A DNA stretch of 64,000 nucleotides, taken from Zygnema circumcarinatum SAG 698-1b. Lineage: Eukaryota > Plantae > Zygnematophyceae. The translations under genes were made by a program, and so were the position numbers. This document shows, one piece after another, positions 18,784 to 28,827 of the stretch (position 1 is its first letter; each line of letters starts with the position of its first letter). The DNA is taken from assembly GCA_037447605.1 (NCBI GenBank), contig CM074806.1, forward strand, positions 124,001 through 188,000. Direction: 5' to 3'. The notes under the pieces were generated by a model. It had not been told where the DNA came from. It worked only from the letters and a program-made list of their open reading frames with translations, and made no database searches.

Positions 18784-21700
18784 CTAAACTGCCCACCTTT
18801 TCTCAGCTGTATCCTCCTCTCCTTCCTTTTTGCATACATCGGTCGATCCGTTATCTCCTTCATCAAACGCCACAGCTTCCGGCAGTCTAAAACTGATACA
18901 TAACATAATCTGCAAACAAAACAGCTCCGCCTTGCGCTGACATCAATACAACGTACAGGAAAAAAAAAAAGAAAAAAAATCAGACTTTGCAGTACCCCAT
19001 GTGAACATGTCAATGCACAGAGGCAAACGACCGTCAATGCTTAAATTCATAAATTTTTAATGAGTTTCCTTGTAGGAAAGAAACAAAGAGAAGTGCACCT
19101 TGTTGGGAGCTACGTTTCGAACGGTCCAAACTGTGGGTCTCTCTATTGATCCCCCAAGGGCCTTTTCTGCACGCTGGAAAATCCCGAAGGGAAGCAATGC
19201 CAAATTTTTGAATTCAGAAACATTGGAGAAGTTAGGATATAAGCTTCTTCAGCATATCGTCAACGTTGGCGTTTTTAACTTTTTCAAGTCCTCAATAAAG
19301 GGACTTTCCAGCCTCCCTTTCACCTAGAACATTTCAACATTGCTCTTGAAACGAAGAGTACTCCTTAAACACGAAACAACAGGCTTTTGAAATATTTAAA
19401 AATCTCACTTCCATGAAAACTGACCTTGATGACATCTTCCGTGGTTTCGTTTGACTTTGCAAAACAGTAACAGTGGATCCATGGAAGTTCTCCGTTCCAG
19501 TGTTGTCGCGATAGCAGACCCTTGAACACATCTGTGCTCGCAAACAGCCGACGAGACATAACACCTTTCAGTTACGTACAACCGACATAGAAACCACAAA
19601 ACCATTTTCAAATTTCAAAAGTGCATAAGCGAACTCTTTCAGTTTCCTAGTCTACTGTTCTCGATTCTGCGTTGCATGGAAAGTTTAGGGCGGCAGAGTT
19701 CAGAGGCGAACCCAAAAACTCAATAGCGCATGCCGGAAGGTTCATCACTGCGTGATCAAAATGTCGCCACGGAGGATCTGCCTCCTTGACTTCCTTGACT
19801 TCCTTGACTGCAGTTCCATGTCGTTGTCGAGATTTCTTTCCGTTCCGTTTACTGCCTCCCTCTGTGCTCACGCTTGTGGCTGAACGGTCAACGGTCCCGT
19901 TCTGTGTTGCACCTTGGCTCCCTCCCTCTCCTCCCTCCGCTACCGTTTTCTCTCCCTCGCCCTCCCCACTCTCTCCTCCGCCTCCCTCCAATCCCAGCCC
20001 TACTCCCACACTCTCCTCTCCTTGCTCTCCCTCTCTTCCTCCTCCACCTTCCTCTACCTCCACTCTCACTCCCACTGCCTGCCCCCTTCTCTCGCCTCCC
20101 TTCCCCTCCTCCCCTCTACCTCCACTCTCGTCCACTCCCTCTCCCTCCTCCTTCTGACGTGAAGTAGTGGGCGCTGAAGTCACATGCCGCATGAAGTCCC
20201 GCGCATCCATCACATGAGCATGTATCCGTTCCGTTACACGATTCAGTTTCGCGTTTACATGAAGGTATCGAATGCTCTCTGGATTCAAATCATTTGCATG
20301 CACTATGCAGCCGGCCATTGCTGCCGGAATTGCGAAAGGTCCAATTCCTGAAAACATGTCACAGATGATCGAATTGCTTTTGAACTGACCCACGAGCCGC
20401 TTGTGCTCGTTTTCCAGACGAGAATTCCAGTACACTTTTCCGTAATCGAGTCGGAAAAGGGCTCCATGCTGCTTAACTTCAGTTTCTAGGGAGGGGTCGC
20501 CAGCCAATAGCTCGAGGTCGGGAACACGGAAATCATTCTCTATGCTGCCCACTTTGTTAACTATGGTTCGGATTCGAGGAGAGTTTTTCTGCCCCCAAAT
20601 CCCGGTCAAGTATGAATTTCACCGTCGTAAAGGATATCTCAAAAAAGCTTTTCTGTGACTTCAAACCAAATACCATTTAAAAAAAAAGAGAGAGAAACCC
20701 TAAAAAAAAAAAAGGGAAACGGTCTCCCATTTTGAAAGTATGTACTTGATAGTGAGAAGAAGAGCTTTTGGGGGTTGAGAGGGAGGACAAAAGCACCTCT
20801 AAGAGGACTTGTCCAATTACGGATTTGAACGGAAGCTGTTCGTCGCGCAGATTGAGATGAGCCACGTGGCCTGCACACCAGGCATGTCCTGACTCTTAAA
20901 ATGTTTGATTTCTAGGGTAAAACGATTTGAAATGTAGAGACAACTCCTGATAGATAAGGAAGGAAAAGCAAAAAGGATGAAAGAATAGAGGAGAAGAAGC
21001 CAAAATTCGCTGTCGATTTTTCCAGGTTTGATGATTCCGTGGTTTCTTAAGAGACTTTAGTTGAAGACAAGGGTATCCTCCTTCTCCTCCTCCTCCTCCC
21101 CCTCACCTATCGTTTCAAAGGAAGTCGGAACTTCCACTTCCGGAGGGAGAAGCTCCCTCAGCACCTCGTCTGCAGGCCGAGCACCGCCGCCTCAGAAAAC
21201 CCTAAAAAGTGAAAAGCACTAAACCCCTGAGGTCCTAATCATAACCACGAGTTTGCTTAGAAGCCATTGCTTTGTTCAACTGGTTTGAGGGATCTCAAAC
21301 GCAACTCGGCTCTCGTCCTGCTTCGAACCAAGTCTTTTCCACATTAAACGGAAAACAGAACGGAACAGACGAGAAGGTGCACCTGCCGACCAGTAGGAGT
21401 AGTCCAACCGAAGGGTGTACGAAACCACATGGAAATGGCCTCTCTCTTGAAGCGCTTCTCTTTTGGCTTCGGGAATGTTGGAAAGCTCTGTGCATTTTTG
21501 AAACAAACTATTGAAATTTCGAAATGCACGGTCACTGTACAAATACAAATACAAATATCTCAAGCAAAGCCCTGGGAATCCGAAGAGCAGTGAGAAGCTG
21601 TAAACCCTGAACCACCCCCCCCCCAAACCTGTTCAGTCTCTCACTGCGAAGTGCAGGAGGGCTCCATGCGCGTGCAGTAGAACTGACCGTCGTCCGTGAC

Positions 21701-22603
21701 GGAGGGGCAGAGCAGCACGAGACGGTGCTCGGGGTGCGTGGGGTCCGCCACGATGTGCCGCAGGTGGGCGCGCTCGAAGAGGTGTCTGCAAAACAACAAC
21801 AACAACAACATGCTCGTCTCATGCTCATCTCATGCTCGCTCGGGGCTGGAGGAATCGATTCCATTTCAATTCCTTCAAGCTTTAGGGTTCAGAGCCATCA
21901 GAACTAGAGGGTTTTGGTCGAATGTACACAGATAATTTCATGTGTGCCTGCCTGAGGGTCTGAGGGCTGTCATGGCGCGACGACCCCTGAACCCCAACTT
22001 CTTCAACAAGCCCATCCGCCCCAATTCCCCAACTCATCGCCGCCAAACCCTAAGCCCTAACCCTGAAAACCCAAAGCATTGAACCCTCAACCCTAACCCT
22101 TCAACCCGCAACCCAAAACGTGCACTCTGAATCCGAAACCATAACCCTTAAACCCTCGACCCTCAACTCTGAACCCTACCCTCCACCCTAAATCATAACC
22201 TTTAAACCCTCGACCCACAACTCTGAACCCTACCCTCAACCCTAAATCATAACCCTTAAACCCTCGACCCTCAACTCTGAGCCCTACCCTGAACCCCAAC
22301 CTTCGCACCCTGCCCTGAACCCTGCATCCCAAACCCTAATCCCTGCCCCCCAACCTCTCACCCTTTGAGCAGTTTGGAGGTCTCGAAGCTCGCCTCCTTC
22401 GGCACCCTCACCGCGCGCAGCTCCAGGGACCGCTCAAAGCGCGCCACGTCGACACCGCCCGACGTCATCTCCGCCGTCGTACAGACACGTGGCACTCTCC
22501 TACTCGTCCTCACTGCAACCGACCGCCACTTGGCGAGTGCACGTCCCGCGCTGGTCAACGAGGTGATGCCACGTGTCGCCGTGACGCGGACCGTCAAGGG
22601 CAT
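18784..22603 (-). CDS. TRM5: tRNA (guanine-37-N1) methyltransferase, 9 exons
   Basis: Exons: 22603-22362, 21785-21688, 21487-21383, 21169-21107, 20870-20797, 20588-19712, 19531-19425, 19173-19099, 18909-18784. Motifs: [110 protein letters not shown]. The last few codons are less certain. Confidence 0.93.
22050..22340. repeat. Telomere-like AACCCT field with a 54-bp higher-order repeat (3 copies) in TRM5 intron 1
   Basis: CATAACC recurs at 22140, 22194 and 22248. The unit is about CATAACCCTTAAACCCTCGACCCTCAACTCTGAACCCTACCCTCAACCCTAAAT. Confidence 0.85.
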
Positions 22604-22785
22604 GCTGTGACGTCGCCCTCCAAAGCCCTAAATCCCTTCCACGAGGGCATGCCACGTGTCGAGCGCTGAAAGGCTGGACCATAGACCCCGACCCTCCAGC
22701 ACGGTACAGTTCTTCAGAGCTGTTCTATGCGCCTGGACCGTCAGCCTCACAAAGAACAGCGTGTTCGTGTCAGTCAACAGTTTCT
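22604..22785. promoter_or_regulatory. Compact divergent (bidirectional) promoter region between TRM5 and HDHD5
   Basis: There are 182 bp between the inferred start codons at 22603 (-) and 22786 (+). Confidence 0.6.
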
Positions 22786-23826
22786 ATGATACGGCGCGCC
22801 ACGTGTCCGTCAAATATTTTAAACGCTCCTGTGGGCACAAGGAAATTGTCGTCACACGTGCGAGGACGGCCGTATGGCGGGCCACGTGGCACTCGCTGCG
22901 AGGGGAGCAGGGGCCGCAGCCACCGGCCGCGGCGCCACGTGGCGGCTTTACCCGGCTGCTATATCGCATCTCGCACGTGCGAACGGACAGGAGCTCTGCA
23001 GCGCAGCGGAGAAGGAGGCGGGTGGAGGCCACGTGGCGGACAGTGAGTGGAGGTGGGAGCCACGTGGAGGATCATGGGCGTGCATCCCCATGCACAAGAT
23101 GCACAGCATGTCTGCATGCATGCATGCATGTTTGTGTGAAATGTGCATTAGATTTGTCAGCCATGCATCCATGTATGCGTGTATACCCCCTACTTGTTTC
23201 GTGGTAATGTTCATCACAGTCCTCTTCAGGTGCTTTAAAAAAATCCAGGACAGTCTAAAACCCTAGAAGCGCTCCTGAGTGCACATTGCAGGCACCCTGT
23301 GGGCATCGCCTTTGACATTGATGGCGTTCTGCTGCGCGGAAAGCGGCCCATTCAAGGCGCGCGGGAGGCCCTTCTGCGGCTTTTTGGCAGGGGGGACGCG
23401 CACTCTAGTAAGGCCACTCTCTTGCATCTTCTAGTACTCATTTAAGGGAAGTCAAAATGTGGTGTTCATACTTGAAGATTTTCAAGAGATCTTTTGAACT
23501 TTGAAAACGATGATGAGCTCCCTTTCTCCTCGCCTTGTCTCTTGTCTCTCCCACTTCTCTGCCTTTCGTCTCTGGCCTTTACTCCCCCCCCTCTCCCCCT
23601 CCACGCTTCCCTTTCCCTTCCCTTCCCTCCCTCCCTCCCTCCCTCCTTCCCTCCTTCCCTCCCCTCCCTCCCTCCCTCCCGCAGGCCGACCCTTCCCTCT
23701 GCCTCACGTGTACCTCACCAACGGCGGAGGCGTCACGGAGGCCGCAAAGGCCGCCGAGCTCTCCGCCCTTCTGGGCGTCCCCGTCACATCGGAACAGGTC
23801 GGCTTACCATCTCCTCTGCAGCAGGC

Positions 23827-23905
<79 letters not shown>

Positions 23906-26300
23906 CTTTCTCTCCACTCGCTCTCCACTTCTCCTGCCCTCTCGCATTCCCACCGCCATTCTCCACTTTACTGACCCTCCCCCCTTCTTTCCTTTCTTGC
24001 CTATCCAATCCTTACTGGGCCATGGTGGGGCAGGTGTTATTGGGCCACACCCCTTTCAAAGCGTTGGCTAGCAGGTCCCTCTCTGTGCTCCTCTCCCTCG
24101 AATCCTCTCCCTTACACGAGGCAGTGTGATCTGCGTAGCCGATTCCTCCAACCTCCCTTCTTTTAAGAAATTTTGAATCTCTTTGGAGAGAGTGGGAATC
24201 TGCAGATACAGAGAGAAACCCGTTCTCGCTGTTGGGAAGTACGATCCGAAAAGTGTGTTGGAGAATTATGGATTCAAGTGAGTACTCGTATTCCATTGAT
24301 TTTTTTTTTTTTTTGAATTTTTCTATTGTCACCTTTGTGTATTCTGTGTGTACCCCATTTGCATCCCAGTTTGTGTGCAATGTATAGTTAATGCAGTTTG
24401 TTAACGAATTCCTGCCCATTTGGCCAGGGCGGTATTTTCTATTGATGAATACGTGCTGAAATTCCCCAACATCGACCCACTGGCCCCATACAAACCGTGG
24501 ATGCATTCCTCCATTACTGATGACGCACCAACCGAACATAGAACTGATATTGACCCAATAGCCGCTGTATTTGTCGTTAGCGACCCCGTGGACTGGGGTC
24601 GAGAGATCCAGGTGAGACCCTTCGTTTGCAGTTTTGATCAACTTTTTGCTTTTGATCAACTTTCTTAGTTAAGCTGATCCAGCTTTGTCATGACGCCTTG
24701 TTTAACATTTTCTTTTTTAAAATGTTTGTTTTTCTACAGCATTTTTACAATGTTGACGGTTACTTTATCGCAGGTGCTATGTGATGTTCTGCGCTCTGGA
24801 GGCTGCCCCGGCCTCACTTCTGGAGAGCAGCCGGACCTATTTTTTGCTGCAGATGACCTCGAATATCAGGTGGGCCCTTAAGGCTTCGAGTTCGCTGTAC
24901 GGTCCTAGTGGTTCTCGGGCATTAGAGATTGGAGGGGTCAAAGTGATCGATCGCGTGGGCGCAAGGTTAAGAAAAGTGAGAGAGAGAGAGAGAGAGGGGC
25001 TGGGGCACTGAGAGGCGAGGGGAGGGATGAGGTGGGGAGAGGGAGAGGAAGAGGGAGAGGGAGAGGGAGAGGGAGAGGGAGCTGTAACTGCTGGGCAGGA
25101 GGACAGGCAAAATTTCCGGTCCCGCGGTTTGGAATGGGCGCCTTTCGGGTGGCTCTGCAGACCCTTTTTGAGAAGTACGGACTTGGCATTTTTCCAGCCT
25201 TTACAGTATTTAAGGCTCTCTTATTCCAGTCAAATGTCGATCTTTATTTTCCAAATACGATCGTCTGCGCCTTTTCTTTATTTTCTCTTCCTCGTCTACC
25301 CCTCTTTTTTCGTTTCTCAGACTGACCGGTGAAGAGCTTAAGTACACTGTAGTCGGAAAACCTCTTCCCTCCGCATTCCAGGGAGCCGAACTTGCCCTCA
25401 CTCGATTGGCCGACAGAATCCGGGCAGGGGGAGAAGTTTCCCGCTCTGCCCCCCACATGGAAAACGGGCCAGACCGCCGTTCCGCTGAGTGTGGTACGGA
25501 TCCGACGGATTCCGTTGCGCATAACGGTTCCATGAACAAGAGGCGGAATTTTCGGAGGCTATACATGGTGGGAGATAATCCAGCGACCGACATCAGGGGA
25601 GCACTTGAGGTGAAGAAACTTGAGATGAGAGCGATGCAGATGGAAAGGGCGGGAGGGAGGATGAAGGAGAGAGGGCGTGAGTCGTGGGAGCATGAGGGGG
25701 GAGAGGGAGAGAGGTGAGAGAGGGAGAGGGGTTACGAAAGAGTGAGGGATAAAAAAGAGACGACCGAGCACGAAGGGAGACAGCAATAGAGGGTTGTTAT
25801 GAAGGCACTTAAAAGTCGAGGGAATTGGTGAAAGTTGGTAGGAGGGAGCTGGGGGGGGGGAGGAGAGAGAAGGGCGGGAGAGGAGGTGAGTGAGTAGAAT
25901 CGGCTAAGAATGAGGTTATTTATCCCGTTACAGCTCTTGACCTTTCTCTTGTTTCGTTTCTATGCCTTCTTTAAGTAATTTGTTTTTGTCCTGTTCGCAT
26001 CAGGCGGGGCCGCCCTGGGTTGCAATTTTGACTCGGACGGGTGTTCACACACAGTCAGATAACCATCCAGTTTTTCCAGCGCACAAGGTATGGCTGAATT
26101 TCCATGCACATAGTTTCAGTTCCAGTTCCAGTTCCCCTTCTGTTGGCACCTCTCGGTTCTCATTGCCCCTGTTCCGGTTATCCCCTTCTCCGTTCCTTTT
26201 AATTTGACCCTTTCCTCCTCATATGGGGGTGGGAGAGCAGGTCGTCGACAGCATAGAGGGAGCGATTGACTTCATTGCGAAGCAGGAACAGCTTCCATGA
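22786..26300 (+). CDS. HDHD5: HAD-superfamily subfamily IIA hydrolase, CECR5/HDHD5 type, 11 exons
   Basis: Exons: 22786-23042, 23292-23407, 23685-23797, 24034-24074, 24206-24277, 24428-24611, 24774-24869, 25107-25174, 25321-25609, 26004-26087, 26241-26300. Motifs: GIAFDIDGVL (DxD), YLTNGGG, GHTP, SDPVDWGREIQ, PRFGMGAF, VGKP, YMVGDNPATDIRGA, ILTRTGV. Exon 1 is Arg-rich and presequence-like; it was inferred from phase. Confidence 0.9.
23829..23902. repeat. (CT)n microsatellite in HDHD5 intron 3
   Basis: Pure CT run about 30 bp after the donor. Confidence 0.95.
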
Positions 26301-27072
26301 CGCAGTTTCCCGTTTTCAGTTTCGACACTTTTCCAGCTTCTATCCGTTATTGGGCCTCCCTCTTTTCGAGCATGTTCTTTGAGTTTTTGGTTCAAAAACA
26401 CGGTGGCTGCATAATATGCTCCGTGATAGACGCGTCAAAAGTGGATGCCCTCTTTGTATTATTCAAAAAAATAGAGGTGGAATAGTCGCCAAATGCCTAC
26501 TAGTAATTGCAGTTTTGCCCTGAATTTTTTTCGCCGCAAAGTATGCGCTGTAAGGTAAAAGACAGGAAATTAGGACGACGATGAGCCAGATATTCTCCTT
26601 TGGTCACAAGTTTATGGTTTTCTTAATAACTTTATGCAACATTGTCTGCTGTTGTACCAAGAGCCATCACCCCCCACAACTCTGTCAAGACCTGCACCCT
26701 CACGTCCGCATGCCCGGACAGACCCTTTCCCAAAAAAGAAAGTAAAATACATATGTTGGCCATCGGCGAATTTCTACAATTCTGACACGCTACATATGAC
26801 AGAGCAGCGTAGTCGTTGATCTGAACAGTGAACGGAACAGCAGAGAACAGCGTCCAGCCATTCAAGAATCGTGACGGGCATCCAGTGACACTTTCGTTCC
26901 AGTTGCCGTCCCGTTCCAGTTCCGCACGTTCGGCACATGGAACAGGCAGGCCGCCCTGCAGGAGCGGTGCAGGGGGGAATCTCCAGCGAGGAGAGGAGAA
27001 GAGAGCTCTGCTTAGAGCGACCTGCTTGGAATCCTGCGTCTGCTGCAGCAAGAGACCTGTCGAAGGTCCGCC

Positions 27073-27748
27073 ATGGCACATCCCAAGGCAGCGACCCTCG
27101 CTGGAGCGACGAAGGTGGCTCAGAAAGGCCCCAAACTTGTGCAGGAGATTATAATGGGCATCGGTCTTGGATTCGTGGGTAAGCGTGCTTACGTGGAAAT
27201 CAGGGTTAGTGAGGTATTTTTTGGTTCTTTTCGTTTTCCCTACCTTCTGAAAATGGAAAGTTCGTTGGCTGTTAAGTTGTGTCAGGGTTAACGGGCTTCG
27301 TGAGGAGGTTTGGGCGAACCCTAGAATGCCTCTTCGTTTTCGGATTAGCTGCTGCTTTTCTTCTGCTGCTGTGTTTGGGACTTCTAGGTTTCGTAGGATT
27401 TCGGGATATGACGGATATAGGTCGTCTGGAAAACCTAAAATGTCAGTGATTGCAGCTGCACGGCTGCTGAAATGGATAATCTCTGTCCGTCTTACTGAAC
27501 AAGTTATGCAAATTTATTACTTCGTGGCTGGCATACAAGAAAGCGACAGTTTCTGTCTCTTGAACATGCAGCCCTTTTGTTTCAGACCTTTTCACTTCAA
27601 TGTTTTCTGTTAAAAAATGTGATAAATGCATGTGTCACGTCACGCAGGAGGAGCTGTTTGGAAAATGGCTCATCTGAACCTTCGGAGAAAGTCGGAAGAT
27701 CTTTACACCACGCTGGAACAAGACCCTACTGCCACCATCCCGCAGTAA
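27073..27748 (+). CDS. COX5C: Cytochrome c oxidase subunit 5C (plant type), 68 aa
   Basis: Exons 27073-27178 and 27648-27748 give MAHPKAATLAGATKVAQKGPKLVQEIIMGIGLGFVG|GAVWKMAHLNLRRKSEDLYTTLEQDPTATIPQ*. This matches plant COX5c KGP.VV.E...G..LG..AG..WKM.H.N..RK...Y..LE. Confidence 0.85.
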
Positions 27749-28827
27749 ACGGTTTACGAGGGTACGCACAATCTTTTTCCTACTCATAATCACCAACTGG
27801 CTGAAGTGTTTTGCGTTCATAAACGTTTTATTGTTTATCTAATCAATTTTGCATTATTTTCTAATCTTTTTGGAGCTTGACATGTAAATTGGGGATTGAC
27901 GATGTTGCTCAGCTAGAATAAGTGCATAACCAGCAAAAGATATCTCATCTGTAGAAGCATGTTTAAAGAGTGTGGCAGCATTCCTCACGCATATGTTGGA
28001 AAGGATGGTTTAAGGAATTTGGTTTCGTTGGTTTGCAAGGAGGGGCAGAGAGGGAGGGAGCCGAAGATCAAAGAGATGGGAAGGGAGGGGGGTGGTAGGA
28101 CCGAGATTGAGCGAAAGGAGAGGAGAGCAACTTATGTTATTTTTGAGCAAGCAAGGAGAATAGTGAGGAATAGTCTGTGCTTGTAGGGACAGGGGAGAGC
28201 GGGAAACACATGCAAAAGGGGGACTTTTGTGTTATGCCTAAACTCCTCGACTGAATGGGGTCTTTTCCTGTGCAGGCTTCGACATGAACAGCATTGGCAT
28301 TCGCGGGCTATTGAAGGAACTGTTCGTGTCGACGATTAGGCAGAGCAGTACTGTAGCATTTTGTTGAATATTCAGTTTTTTCATTACGGATGTGCTTCCC
28401 TCCTCGACAGAACTGTATAAGACGATGGGATGACTTCCATTCTGCAGCATTCGAGGTTTGTGGAGTCATGAGGACTTCTGCATCAAGACAGAGAAGAATA
28501 TGTGTTAAGGGCACTTTCACATCATTAAAACCAAAAATTGCATAGATAGTCAACGGCTGTATCGACTGTCTCCAGCTTCTTGGAATCATTCAGTGCCTTT
28601 GTTGTTGTCGCCTGATTTGATATGAGAATTTGAAAGCTTGCTTGTCAATTGCTACTTTCAGCAAATGACATTTTTCACATGCGAAAATCTCGCTTGAAGA
28701 AGTCGAGAAACACAAGTTGAGACCGAAAAGTGGGGGAGAAGTTAATGTACAGTAACAGGTGAAACACAGTCAAAAAGTGGGCCCTTCCAACCTCTGCATT
28801 CTCAGCTCCTCCCATCAAACCCTACCT

